A stretch of DNA of 64,000 nt from Octopus vulgaris (taxonomy: Eukaryota), in contig OX597817.1 of NCBI GenBank assembly GCA_951406725.2, positions 145,328,001 through 145,392,000 on the forward strand, given 5' to 3'. A model generated the notes under the pieces. The model was not told the origin of the DNA. It did not search any database and worked only from the letters and a program-made list of their open reading frames with translations. The stretch's first letter is position 1; each line of letters starts with the position of its first letter. Below are positions 28,168-38,959 of this stretch, in pieces. The translations under genes and the position numbers were made by a program.

Positions 28168-28845
28168 GTACATACATACATATGTACATACATACGTATG
28201 TGCCAGTGGCACATAAAAAGCACCCACTACACTCTTGGAGTGGTTGGCATTAGGCAGGGCATCCAGCTGTAGAAACCTTGCCAGATCAGACTGGAGCCTG
28301 GCGCAGCCTTCTGGCTTGCCAGTCCTCAGTCAAATTGTCCAACCCATGCTAGCATGGAAAGCAGACATTAAACAATGACAATGATGATGATGATAATAGC
28401 TTCTTACACTCTCCATCAGCAAAATTCACTCACAAGGCATTAGTCAGTTTGGAGCTGTAGTAAAAGACACTTGCTTAAGGTGTCTCACAATGGGACTGAG
28501 CAACTAAACCCCAAACCATCTAGTTACCAAGTGAACTTCTCAACCACACAGCTATGCCTGCACCTACTTTGTTCTTTAGCCATTAGGGAAGAAAAGCAAC
28601 TGTGGTTTTAGGACAATGTCTATATTCAAATAGTTACATAATGCTTTCATACACCTACCTGTACTCCTTGAGATTTGGCCTTCTCAATAAGTGATCTGCA
28701 AACAGAAAAGTTCTCTTCTTTATCCGCAGACGATGTCAACTGGCACACAGCTATACGTGGGTGTTGTTTCCCAACTTTTTCCACAATGCTAGACATCTTG
28801 CGAAAATGATGTCTACACCCAGTTGAAGCAGCACGGACGACTAAC
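3796..28845 (-). CDS. NitFhit: NitFhit fusion gene (Nit1-type nitrilase/deaminated-glutathione amidase + Fhit Ap3A hydrolase), 10 coding exons, 443 aa from ATG at 28796
   Basis: Exons 28659-28845, 27598-27753, 24998-25192, 22124-22234, 19881-19982, 16964-17126, 12785-12910, 11840-12015, 9867-9935, 3796-3891 join in frame with GT-AG borders (1332 nt from 28796). Nitrilase triad motifs [13 protein letters not shown] and [10 protein letters not shown], and HIT motif HVHVHVI, are present. Confidence 0.95.
4080..4309 (+). mobile_element. tRNA-derived SINE (Meta-domain-like) with a TSD of about 21 bp; other copies at 14935-15148, 17718-17950, 30602-30831, 38338-38490, 54160-54378
   Basis: B box GAGTTCAAATTCC, central GCCTTTCATC..GGGTCGATAAATTAAGTACCAG, flanking direct repeat AGATAATGGTTATGAC. 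Confidence 0.85.
4452..4654. mobile_element. hAT (Charlie-like) MITE
   Basis: TIR CAGTGGTTCTCA / TGAGAACCACTA; imperfect 8-bp TSD GTATAGCT/CTATAGAT. Confidence 0.6.
4668..5036 (+). mobile_element. tRNA-derived SINE (OR-like); related copies at 21672-21965, 27178-27435, 59432-59980
   Basis: tRNA-like head GGAGGTGCAATGGTCCAGTGGTTAGGGCAG..GGTTTCG.TTCCC and a shared body. Confidence 0.75.
6194..6690 (-). mobile_element. (GAT)n-tailed SINE-like family with an internal tandem array; copies at 3178-3560, 5285-5570, 8147-8370, 22476-22925, 28200-28395, 51440-51935
   Basis: (CAT)n GTTTAACGTCCGTTTTCCATGCTAGCATGGGTTGG..CTACAGCTGGATGCCCTTCC plus roughly 59-bp GGTGCTTTTTACGTGCCAC repeats. Confidence 0.8.
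8820..8937 (+). pseudogene. 5S rRNA copy (divergent, CpG-decayed), antisense in the last NitFhit intron
   Basis: GCTTACGGCCATATCAC...AGTACTTAGATGGGTGACC...GCTGTAAGC; terminal helix I pairs; several CG>CA changes versus the mollusc-type 5S as I recall it. Confidence 0.85.
9305..9416. repeat. Inverted repeat with arms of about 34 bp plus TA repeats
   Basis: ATATTATGTAAATAGAGGAATTTATCTATACAGA and its reverse complement. Confidence 0.9.
9480..9795 (-). mobile_element. R4/Dong-type LINE fragment, same family as 63276-64000
   Basis: FLIDVSI..MEKLSK.KDLE.EVTRM; starts at a TAT/AAT tract. Confidence 0.8.
9867..9935 (-). CDS. NitFhit: NitFhit exon [23 protein letters not shown] (histidine triad)
   Basis: ttgttgtag| acceptor, AAG|gtaaat donor, 69 nt. 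Confidence 0.94.
11200..11370. repeat. Imperfect palindromic (hairpin MITE-like) element
   Basis: CAGGAATTATG..TCATTAGCTTACAGTTGTTTCTGCTATAAG / CTTATAGTAGAAATAGATGTAAGTTAATGA..CATAATTCCTG. Confidence 0.75.
11840..12015 (-). CDS. NitFhit: NitFhit exon (H)VLICPK...[13 protein letters not shown]
   Basis: ttcttaacttttactgaag| acceptor, AAG|gtaaga donor, 176 nt; Fhit QDG..AGQ motif. Confidence 0.93.
12016..12784 (-). other. U12-type (minor spliceosome) GT-AG intron in the Fhit domain
   Basis: 5' site GTATCCTTT; branch box TTCTTAAC about 12 nt from an AAG acceptor. Confidence 0.88.
12040..12425 (+). mobile_element. CR1-like LINE 3' end inside the Fhit U12 intron (same family at 49330-49815 minus and 17200-17365)
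   Basis: [33 protein letters not shown] and a shared 3' UTR ending TTCATTATT. Confidence 0.8.
12785..12910 (-). CDS. NitFhit: NitFhit exon [19 protein letters not shown]...[12 protein letters not shown] (linker + Fhit start)
   Basis: ttcactag| acceptor in phase 1, C|GTATCCTTT donor, 126 nt. Confidence 0.92.
16199..16492. repeat. Perfect inverted repeat, 140-bp arms, 14-nt spacer, flanked by (TA)n
   Basis: 16199-16338 is the exact reverse complement of 16353-16492. Confidence 0.95.
16964..17126 (-). CDS. NitFhit: NitFhit exon [12 protein letters not shown]...[12 protein letters not shown]...ST (end of Nit domain)
   Basis: ttttcaacag| acceptor, G|gtaaga donor, 163 nt, ends in phase 1 with no stop codon. 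Confidence 0.92.
19428..19660. repeat. Tandem array of about 26 bp (AAAAGCACCCATGCTGGTGCCACAT), about 8 copies, part of a (GAT)n-tailed SINE-like element
   Basis: Direct inspection; continues into the family 3' end at 19680-19815. Confidence 0.85.
19881..19982 (-). CDS. NitFhit: NitFhit exon [34 protein letters not shown]
   Basis: atttccag| acceptor, ATG|gtgaga donor, 102 nt; conserved RAIE.QCYV.AAAQ motif; this frame is not in the ORF track. Confidence 0.92.
20425..20642. repeat. 24-bp minisatellite, about 9 copies (GAGGGTGGAGGAACCAGATGGCTW)
   Basis: Head-to-tail, near-identical units. Confidence 0.95.
21586..22109. mobile_element. TTAA-site MITE with a nested SINE, ending about 14 nt from a NitFhit donor site
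   Basis: TTAA-CCCCTTT ... AAAAGGG-TTAA. Confidence 0.55.
22124..22234 (-). CDS. NitFhit: NitFhit exon [11 protein letters not shown]...[14 protein letters not shown] (catalytic Cys)
   Basis: ttccttgattcttttgag| acceptor, GAA|gtaagt donor, 111 nt. Confidence 0.93.
23170..23592 (+). mobile_element. Helitron/Helentron-like non-autonomous element (related fragment at 40930-41095)
   Basis: 5' GCAGTATCGCCCGGCGTTGCTC and 3' ACAACTTCAGCTTTATATATAGA; CpG-rich relative to the flanks. Confidence 0.4.
23972..24403 (+). mobile_element. tRNA-derived SINE with an internal (TA/TG)n linker; copies at 8958-9300, 10681-11060, 13045-13435, 18686-19060, 25320-25797, 26605-27003, 29030-29428, 40315-40690, 42292-42640, 58407-58815
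   Basis: Recurrent GGTAAGTAGCTTGCTTACCAACCACATGGTTCC..TTGGGCAAGTGTC..AATGACTGAAACAAGTAAAAG. Confidence 0.85.
24998..25192 (-). CDS. NitFhit: NitFhit exon [13 protein letters not shown]...YEKIHMFD...GKVGLGI (catalytic Lys)
   Basis: actttcag| acceptor, |GTATCCTTT donor, 195 nt. Confidence 0.93.
27598..27753 (-). CDS. NitFhit: NitFhit exon [12 protein letters not shown]...LSLGGFHQK (catalytic Glu)
   Basis: tttcag|ATG acceptor, AAA|gtacgt donor, 156 nt, phase 0/0. Confidence 0.93.
28659..28845 (-). CDS. NitFhit: NitFhit exon: (R)[62 protein letters not shown]
   Basis: Acceptor ttcatttcag|G, donor CAG|gtaggt; contains the nitrilase N-terminal IAVCQLTS motif. Confidence 0.92.
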
Positions 28846-29218
28846 CTGAAATGAAATAGATTCAGATGCAATATTATTTATATAATCAGTTGGTTGATTA
28901 TAATTTTAATTAGGCAAACTTGCAAAGAATCAAAAATTAACAACTTCTGTTTTAGAATCACAATCCTCACTAATTCCAGGTTGCTGCTGACAAGATCATC
29001 ATTATCTGCCATCCTTAATTTTATTCCTATCTTTTATCTTTTTCTTGTTTCAGTCACTATACAGTGGCCATGCTGGGGCACCACCTAGAATGTTTTTGTC
29101 AAACAAATCAACCCCAGTAGTTATTTTTTAAGCCTGGTACTTATTCTATTGGTCTCTTTTGGCAAACCGCTAAGTTACAGGAACATAAACACACCAGTTG
29201 TCAAGTGGTGATGGACAA

Positions 29219-29265
<47 letters not shown>

Positions 29266-30118
29266 CACACACACATATATACGACAGGCTTCTTTCAGTT
29301 TCCGTCTACCAAATCCACTCACAAGCTCTGGTCGGCCCAAGGCTATAGTAGAAGACACTTGCCCAAGGTGCCACGCAGTGGGACTGAACCCGGAGTCATA
29401 TGGCTGGCAAGCAAGCTACTTACCACACATTCCTAGCAGAGCAGCACCAACCGCCAGCCATGCATTAAAGAAATTAACACTAAAGTACTATCTTATTTTA
29501 ATAAATATATACTTAGTGTGTTTTTAAATGGTTTACAAACACCTTCCATGCTGCAATTGTTTTTGTTTCAGCACACAATCTCAGATCAGTCACTTGCTAT
29601 GCAAGTACAACACCATAATTTTAAATTTTGATGCATTTCTGATGTCTAAGAATGGATGTTTCTGTGTACGACTCTTTTCAAATTTAATTCTATAGAACTG
29701 GAAAGGCAGATTTACCTTGTCTTGTTTTACCCCGCCTAAATTTACATTTTATATGCTCAAAGAGAATATTGATAATTTTCTGAAATAGTGTTCTGAATAA
29801 ATTATAGGTTTTACTGCATTTAGAGAAGATCTTTACTTTACTGATATAGTTTTGGCAAGGTAGTGGACATTATTAAAAAAATATTTTTTCTTCAAAGTCA
29901 AAAATGCAGAAAATATTACTCATTGTGTTCAACCAACTCTTACTGGAAACTGGAAAATCAGACTTTTGGAAATAGGTGTTTGAATTTCCCCATTTTTGTC
30001 AGGGGTGCCCCTCATTTTTTTTGTTATTATTTCATGCATTGCAAAACAATGAAGGGACACTGTTTTAAAAGAAAGAATTTTTAAAATCCATGTCTTGTAA
30101 ATGTTGGTATCTCTACCC

Positions 30119-30152
<34 letters not shown>

Positions 30153-31402
30153 TGCATGCACACACACACGCACACTCATCATGTCTTTGGAACAGCAACA
30201 ACCATAAAAATGATTTTTTTTCTTTTTTGTAACTTTCTGTCATTTTATCTTATTCTACATTCTGAAACTTATGTAACTCTCATTAAAAGAAAAAAAAAAT
30301 CTTACCCCACTCTTCCCTCCTTCATTGTACTTTTCACAACGAAAGAAAAGTCATACACCGTAAGTAGATGTGTGAAAAACGAAATTTGAATTTTGAAAAA
30401 AATGTATCTATAAAGCAACATTTTCAGTCATTTATTTAAACTTTCTCTGCTAACTCATCAAATTCCATTACTTGAAATAGCTGGGTTTTGAGATTTAAAT
30501 TTAGTAATTTTCTAACATTTTAATTCTTGTGTATAAGGGGCCCACCAAACTTGGTTTAAATCCAGTCCTGATTGTGATGGTATGAATGTAATAATGGATA
30601 AGGCGGTGAGCTGGCAGAAACGTTAGCACAGCGGGCGAAATGCTTAGCGGTATTTCGTTTGCCATTACGTTCTGAGTTCAAATCCCGCTGAGGTCGACTT
30701 TGCCTTTCATCCTTTCGGGGTCAATAAATTAAGTACAAGTTACGCACTGGGGTCGATATAATCGACTTAATCTGTTAGTCTGTCCTTGTTCGTCCCCTCT
30801 GTGTTTAGCACCTTGAGGGTAGTAAAGAAATAGGTATGAATGTAATAATGGATGGCATTGAACTGAGTGAAAACAGTGGAAGATAGCCATGGAAGAGTAC
30901 ATGCCAAAAACGAAGACAAATAAAGAGTTTGAATAACAGGATTTCAGCTCCTTGGATGAAACGTTAAAGCAGGAGTTAGACCAACAGAAGTGAAAATGAT
31001 AATGACCATGATGGATTATGACAGGTTGACTTTATTTTCCTTTTGTAAGTAAAACAGAACAAGTGATAACATAGACATGACAACCAAAAGAAAAAAGAAA
31101 CATGCCCTTGTACCTAGAAGTAATAAATATTAATTAACTGAGGCATAGATATGACTCATCATTAATTTATCTCTACTTCACTTCACATGCCAAATACAAA
31201 ATAGCATTAGGTTTTTTTTTAGTCTTTTGTTTCTAGTTGTTGATTTTAATTTTTTTTTTTTGATAAGATAGTTGCTGTGAATTTCTTTTATCAGTTCTTC
31301 CTTTTGTCTTTTCTTATTATCATTTCTATTTCAACAAACTTTCCATTACAAAAATTAAGCAGTTACATGACCCAGAATTTAGTTAATAGAATTTAGCACA
31401 GC

Positions 31403-31960
31403 AAGGTGGCAAGCTGGCAGAAACGTTAGCACGCCGGATGAAATGCTTAGCGGTATTTCGTCTGCCGCTATGTTCTGAGTACAAATTCCGTCAAGATCGA
31501 CTTTGCTTTTCATCCTTTCGGGGTCAATAAATTAAGTACCAGTTATGCACTGGGGTTGATATAATCAACTTAATTCATTTGTCCTCTCTGTGTTTAGCCC
31601 CTTGTGGGTAGTAAAGAAGTTCTGAGTTCAAATTCTGCCGAGGTCGACTTTGCCTTTCATCCTTTCGGGGTCGATAAATTAAAGACCAGTTACGCATTGG
31701 GGTCGATATAATCAACTTAATCCGTTTGTCCTCTCTGTGTTTAGCCCCTTGTGGGTAGTAAAGAAATAGGTATTTCGTCTGTCATTACGTTCTGAATTCA
31801 AAGTCCGCCAAGGTCGACTTTGCCTTTCATCCTTTCAGGGTCGATAAATTAAGTACCAGTTACGCACTGGGGTCGATGTAATCGACTTAATCCCTTTGTC
31901 TGTCCTTGTTTGACCTCTCCGTGTTTAGCCCCTTGTGGGCAATAAAGAAATATAAAGAAA
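31403..31960 (+). mobile_element. Tandem trimer of the Meta-like SINE within one TSD
   Basis: Three consecutive bodies flanked by the direct repeat AGAATTTAGCACAGCAA. Confidence 0.8.
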
Positions 31961-32276
31961 TAAGAATTTAGCACAGCAATAAAATTTGTCCTATTTTACA
32001 AATATTCATATACACGGCTATACAGTTAAAAAGTTCCCAGCTGTGTAGTTTTGGATTCAGCCCCACATGACACACTGGGCAAGTGTCTTAGATCCAGGCC
32101 GACCAAAACCTTGTAACTGGATTAGGTTGACAGAAACTTAGGAAACCCATCGTGTGTGTTTCCCTCATGTTCACTAATTTGTAAACGATGGTCTCCTGTT
32201 GGTATCAAAGGATATCCAAGCATCCTCACGTGTCTTTAACATGTTGCGCGATCTTTGTAAACAAAAGTATCTTTAA

Positions 32277-32497
32277 CCCTTTAGTGTTCGCATTATTCTG
32301 CCAAAATTAATCGTTTTTTATTCACATTGCTTTGAATTAATCATGCATTATCTTGTAGCTATGAGATTATGATGGGGTAGCTGTTAAATTTTAAGACGAT
32401 ATTATAGGGTTGGTGTGAGAGGCCAGATCTGGCCAGTTTGAACATAAAACAGGCAGAATACTTCTGGCCAGATATGGCCAGTTTACATGCTAAAGGG
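32277..32497. mobile_element. TTAA-site (piggyBac-like) MITE; relatives at 10017-10245 and 22301-22475
   Basis: TTAA-CCCTTTAG ... CTAAAGGG-TTAA. Confidence 0.7.
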
Positions 32498-34351
32498 TTA
32501 AAAAGCTTTGTTTGTTTCCAGTTTCCTGCAAAAAATATGTCCAGGTTGTTAGCTTTCAACAAACTGAAAGATTATTATCTCACTTGGAGATATGTGGGGT
32601 TGGCAACAGAAAGGGCATCCAGTCATAGAAAAATTGCCTCAAGATACTCTTGCCTGATCCATGCAAGCATGGAAAAGTAGGCATTAAAACGATGATGATG
32701 ATGATAGTGAGGCATGGACATAAAAAGCACCCTTCAAACTTTAGGCCTCACGGAGACAGTGACAAATGACCGAGACCTATAGCAATTTACCATGGTTGAG
32801 ATCTGCCATGCCAAGTAAGATCACAGCTGTGGCCAATGCCAGTGATTTGTAATTGGCACATAGAAATCACTCGCTATACTCTTGGAGTGGTTGGCATTAG
32901 GAAGGACATCCAGCTGTAGAAACCATGCCAAATCAGATTGGAACTTGGTGCAACTCCCCAGCTTGCCAGCTCCTGTCAAACCGTCCAACCCATGCCAGCA
33001 TGGAAAACAGACGTTAAATGATGGTGATGTTTGTACATATAGAGTGTCTGCTTGTTGTTTGTTTTAGATCTAGAAACAAAAAATTGTTTAAAAATCGATT
33101 GTATAAGAGAAACAACATATGATTGTTTTGACGAATACAATCCCAGACAAAATGAAAAGCAAAGTTGACCTTAGCAACAATTGAGATGAGCAAAACTTAA
33201 TATATCTCAGACATTTAGTGTCAGAATCTCTCCTGAGACTAATTAGGAAACAATACGTGGTCAAGGTTTATTTTTAGCTTAGCTTTTTTTCAATATCAGA
33301 ATAAGTTTTCAAAAATACACAAACATTATATTTCTGTTAGTCTGGTGACCCAAATATTAAGTTTTGTGCATTGTTTTAGTAAGCTAGAAAAAAAAAAAAA
33401 CTAAACTTGCAATTATGATAAGCTTCAGTGGTCTTTGGAACAACTGTTCATCGAAGCATTTAACAATCCTTATGATTGTTTTAAAATCCACTTTTCCATG
33501 TTTGCATGGGTTGGACGAAATTTGGTGAGGAAGATTTTCTATGGCCTGATGCTCTTTTTGTTGCCAAACATCAGCCATTTCTGAGCAAAGTAATATTTCC
33601 CGTGATTGAACAAGTTTTCAACAAAGGCCGGAAACAAATGACACCACTTGTATAATGGTGACATTTGTTTATAACCATAGAGTGATGTAAAGACAAGGAG
33701 ATGTGGACACATAAGCACATGCTAAGTGTGCATGTCCATGCATGCAGACAAGGCTGAGAACTTAGCTTTCCAACCACATGGATTCAAGTCCAACCCTACA
33801 GTGAGACACCTTGGACAAGGGTCTACTACTATAGCCCTGGACTGACCAAAGCTGTCTCAGTAGATTTGGTAGGTAGAAACTGAAGCCCATTGTATGTACG
33901 CATGTGCAAGCAGGCATGTATGTATAAAAATTTTAAAAAATGAATTTCTGGTCTTCTCAACTTCTGCTGTGCCACTGGTTTATAGCTGATCACAAAGAAA
34001 ATGTGTTCAATAATGTGCAACACTTAATCTACAAATTCATGCAACTTCTTGGAATCTCAGAATGTTTGCAGAGACTGAGCTTTAAGTTCTTGCCTCATTC
34101 AGCCATGAACTGATTTCCACCATGCACACATGCGTGTTCATTTGTATGTATGTATGTCATTGTTCAGTTTTATTTCAAGATTTCTTGCCAATAGTGAAAG
34201 AACCGGTTTCTAACCTAGATCCAAGGCTCCTTCATTAGAATTTCAGCATCAACAAGAGGGTATGTTTGTTTGCATGTGTGCATATATGCAGATTTGTATG
34301 TTTTGTTTTATATATGTATTCTCATACATATAGTTGCATATCTAGACATAC

Positions 34352-34900
34352 TCATATATACTTAAATGATGAACTTCTGGAAAGTTTTACGATTTTTACA
34401 GTTCCAGTGATGGATTGGATCTGCAGTCTTTGAATTAGCTTTCTCCTTTCTGGTTTTGAGAAGCCTAATTTCTCAAGATTTAGGCAGTGTGTTACATATC
34501 CCAGGGACCCAATTACAGCTATAAACATGAACTTGTAACCTGGATAGAGAAACTGCAGATTTCTCAATAGTTCAGGATAGGTATTCTTTTTTACATTGAT
34601 CTTCAGCTTCATGTTAACATCCACTGGGCAGCTAATTTCCACAACTGTGCACAGTTTCTCTTCTCCGTCCCAAATCATTATATCAGGTCTGTTGTGCTTA
34701 GATTTTACTGAGGTCTTCACTGGAACATTCCACCAGCACTCCTTCTTATTATGAGTGGCTATGGCTTCTACCATATTGTGGGTTCTTATTTCTTTGTCCT
34801 TGGGGTTATCCTTCCTATGGATTTTATTATTGAGTGTCCTAGCTACAACATCATGTCTCATCGGTAGATAATACTGTGATGACATTTTCAGACAACTGCT
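34352..34900 (-). mobile_element. RLE-type LINE C-terminal fragment
   Basis: RHDVV, NRPDIMIWD..VEISCP, IAVIGSLG. Confidence 0.8.
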
Positions 34901-35632
34901 TATGGTGTGTGTGTGTGTTGGTTTTTCCTTGTTTTGACATCTTTTGATTGTTGTAAATGAATGTCATATATTTCCAATATTCTACGAAAACTGGCCACGG
35001 GGAAATATTGCCTTGCATGGAAACCAGTAAGGTGTGGCAACAGGAAGGTCATACAACTGTAAGAAAATTTGTTTCAATAAACTGTCTGACCCATGCAAGC
35101 ATGGAAAAGTGGACATGACTGTGTGGTTAAGAAGTTTGCTTCCCAACCACATGGTTCCAGATTCAGCCCCACTGCATGGCACCTTGGGCAAGTGTCTTCT
35201 ACTACATCTTCAGGCTGACCAAAGCCTTTTGAGTGGATTTGATAGGCGGAACCTGAAATATATATATATATATATATATATAATTTTTCTATCATCTTGG
35301 CTTAACAGCCCTCACCGTCTGTTTTTACAGCCCTGTTCTTGTTACCAAATTTTATTTAATTTGCTTTGTGGGAAGGACTGTTTCAATGAAGTCACGTATT
35401 GTCCTTACCTTCAAAACATGGTATAGATGAAACAGGGACAACTGAAGAAGGGGAATATTCTTTATGTTGCATGTCTCGTTTTTCTGTTTCTTTTTTTCGT
35501 TTTCGTTTTCTATGTTCTTATGTTTTCATTTCTCATTGTGTTCAACATTTTTTTTTTTTTATGTCCTGTACCCATATATACATGTATATATACATATGTA
35601 GATATGTAAATATATGTATGTAAATATGCATA

Positions 35633-35707
<75 letters not shown>

Positions 35708-36480
35708 GGTCATTCCTCGATAAACGAGTAAATTTGTTCCTGGAGATCGCTCGTAAAAGCGAAAACTCGTGAAACAGGCGATGAAATTTTATGCTCTGTG
35801 TGAGTGTGTATGTAACGTCCACTTTTATATGTATCACACACACGTTTCTCCCTTTTCCATCTGCTATATATACACTCGTAAGGCTTTGTTGATCAAGGAG
35901 TTATAGCAGAAGACACTTTCCTAAGATGTCACTCAGTGGGACTGAACCCGATTCGAAGGGAAACTTCTTAACCACGCCATATAATGGAAATTAAGATAAT
36001 GAAAACAATTATTCTCCCAAATTTTTACAATTTTACCCCTCACTACTTCTGAACCATTTCCCTTCCCCATTGAAAACAAAAGGAAGGCAACTTTATTTTT
36101 TTCTCCAAAAAATTCATCTCAAAGTATTCTTTGATTTTTTGTTGGGTTTTTTTGTAACTTGTTTTGATTAATTAATTAGCTTAAAAAGGCTGTCTGTAGT
36201 ATCAATGGACTTAAAACTAATTCTGATAATAATAGGTCAAAAATAATAACCTAAATTTCTTGTGTTTAATTACGAAAGATTTTAGCGCACTGCTGGAAAC
36301 TCTTTCTAATACTAATAACGAAAATAACCTAAGCAGAAAAAAAAAACGAGGAAGAAAGAATGATAGACAGACAAAAATAAAAGATGAAAGGAAAATGGAA
36401 ACAAAGTACACTCTAATTTAAAAACTAAAGATATAATGGAGTTATAATGAATGAGTGAAGAGTAATTTTGTGTCATTTAC

Positions 36481-36590
36481 CTGATAAGAAATTTAACGAA
36501 CAACCTCTCCGTCTCAAAGTTAAGTCTATAATGTTTTACAGGTTTAGTTGTACGATTTGTCTCCCTTCTTAATGATTGTTCAGTGGTATT
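36481..36590 (-). other. Candidate alternative (ATG-less) 5' exon of NitFhit
   Basis: CAG|gtaaat donor at 36480; frame-compatible with the 28845 acceptor; no ATG; 5' edge unknown. Confidence 0.3.
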
Positions 36591-36594
36591 TTAT

Positions 36595-37020
36595 GGCGGT
36601 GAGCTGGCAGAAACGTTAGCACGCCGGGGCGAAATGCGTAGCCGTATTTCGACTGCCGTTACGTTGTAAGTTCAAATTCCGCCGAGGTAGACTTTGCCTT
36701 TCATCCTTTCGGGGTCGATAAATTAAGTACTGGTTACGCACTGGGGTCGATGTAATCGACTTAAGACCTGTGTCTGTCCTTGTTTGTCCCCTCTATGTTT
36801 AGCCCCTTGTGGGCAATAAATAAATAGGTATTTCGTCTGCCGTTACGTTCTGAGTTCAAATTCCGCTGAGGTCGACTTCGCATTTCATCCTTTCGGGGTC
36901 GATAAATAAAGTACCAGTTACGCACTGGGATCGATATAATCGACTTAATCCGTTTATCTGTCCTTGTTTGTCCCCTGTGTGTTTAGCCCCTTGTGAGTAG
37001 TAAAGAAATAGGTATTTCTT
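36595..37020 (+). mobile_element. Tandem dimer of the Meta-like SINE
   Basis: The second unit restarts at GGTATTTCGTCTG after the A-rich tail. Confidence 0.8.
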
Positions 37021-37286
37021 CCGGCTCTTTACCTTACGGTTTAGGTAACCCTAGAGATCGACTTCGCTTTTTATCTTTTTAGGGATCGCTAAAAATAAGG
37101 TACCACTCAAGTAGTGGGGGCAATGTAATCAACTTGTGCCGCTCCCTCAAAACTGTTAGCTTCATGCCAATATTTGAAACTGTATTTATTTATATTCAGA
37201 ACCCACCTCCACCAAAAAATGGAATCAACTCATTTTTTTTATATCTGTATCAGCAAATAACTCAATAAAAAATAATATCATTTACA

Positions 37287-37390
37287 GGCGAAGGTAAAAA
37301 AATAAAAAAAGGAAAACCCGGTGTTTAGGGTTAGGGCTAGGGTTTTTGTTACGCCGAATACGGGTGATGTGCATATTCTTTACCTACGCC
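37287..37390. mobile_element. 104-bp MITE with an 8-bp TSD and internal telomere-like repeats
   Basis: CATTTACA on both sides; TIR GGCG(A/T)AGGTAAA; internal TTAGGGTTAGGGCTAGGG. Confidence 0.75.
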
Positions 37391-37489
37391 CATTTACAAA
37401 AGTAAATAAGAAAACGGAGGTCTGGTCAAGATAAAAAATAAATAAATATATAAATTCTCTTAATTGATTGTAGGTGGTGTGTGTGCAGT

Positions 37490-38060
37490 GAACATGATGT
37501 ACTTACGATTAAGCGAGGCCTGACACCAAGCTGTTTTGCCCAATCGGTCTAGGTTTGTGTAAATGCTCGTCTCTATCTCTTTCCTGTTTTCTTTCTTCCA
37601 TCCACGCTTGCTCCCCTTCAGTAGGCAACATCTTGTTTTCAACATGTACTACTTCCAACAGAGAGATGGATGAAGCTCTGCTACAGTAGAGAGAGAGCTG
37701 GGTTTGTCAGTTCCTGAAACAGCTGAGGAAAGACGGAAGCAGAGAATATTCTGCGCTCAGGTGCTACCTTCAACTCTCTCTCTTTGATGAATCTGATCAT
37801 TTTTCAAGGTGTCGCCATGCGAAATTCTCGGGGGACTGGGTTGATGCCCTGCCTGTGGCCAACATTGGTGGATGAGTTCCGCATCCCCATTACACTCAGA
37901 ACCCCACGTCTGTAAGAAACTGAGTGCAATGGAGATGCGCTGTGATAGGCTCTCGACTCTACAGGCCTTCGTGGTTTGTCTTGTCGCCTAAATGCTGGTA
38001 GTTTCGCTTGTCACACCGAGCAAACCAAATCATTAAGCGGGCCCTGGGATCTATTCCATC
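37490..38060 (+). mobile_element. Degraded CRE-like (RLE) non-LTR retrotransposon fragment
   Basis: Broken frames give SGDWVDALPVANIG..DEFRI and GLRGLSCRLNAGSFACH..NQIIKRAL, resembling the CRE C-terminal CCHC region. Confidence 0.55.
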
Positions 38061-38959
38061 TCAATCACAGATTTTTTTAATTAATTTTTTTTAACTAGAT
38101 CTGGGCCGTGGCTCGGGTTAACATCTCCTCAGTTCTGGAGCTGGCGAGATTATTCAGAAGTGAGGGGGGGAAATCAGATGATCTTACCCTTTCTACCTGG
38201 GTACGAAGTAGGTCCCTCATCTGGGACGCCAGAATCTGTGTCTCCTTTGCTCCCTCCCACATCCTGGATGCGCCAGTAAATAGGAGGGTCACCGGCCTGG
38301 TTTTGCACACAATGTTAATGTTTTCAATACTATGTTCTACAGTTCAAATTCCGCCGAGGTCCACTTTGGCGTTTATCCTTTCGGAATTGAATAAGTACCA
38401 GTTACGCACTGGGCTTGATGTAATCGACTTAATCCCTATTTCCTTGTTTGTCCCCTCTATGTTTATCCCTCTGTGGGCAACAGAGAAATAAAATAGTTGC
38501 AACTTAACAGCTGCAGGAAAATATGGACAGGAAAGACACCCTCCTAAGGTTTCCTTTTTCCTTTAATGATCCCAAATTTATGAGGTTGACCATCATTTGC
38601 ATCTCTAACACTTAACTGAGCCTCTTTTTATATTAGGGTTTTACTATGGATTCCACAGTATTTATGTTCGAATATGAGTTTGCTACAAAAAATAATAAAT
38701 AAGCTACACTGTGTCAAAATTTAGTTGTGTCAAGTTTATCAAAATATAGAACTATAACTTACATGATTTTTTTTTCCCCAGCATTCTGTTATGTTTACTG
38801 ATCACGAAATAACAAAGGAGCCTTTTACATAGTCGGGTGAGCCAGTTTGGCTGCTGTACAGGGGCTCAAAACCCACACTATACCAGTGAGTGTACCCAAG
38901 TTTGATGTATAACAGAGGCAGCGTGCTTGCTTGCTCTATATTTTCTATAGTTAAGTTAA

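Noticed and set aside
35435-35480. CTGAAGA hammerhead-like start in a TA-flanked module (similar remnant at 51995-52030)
   Set aside because: GAAA is missing here and CTGA is missing at 52000; at best degenerate relics.
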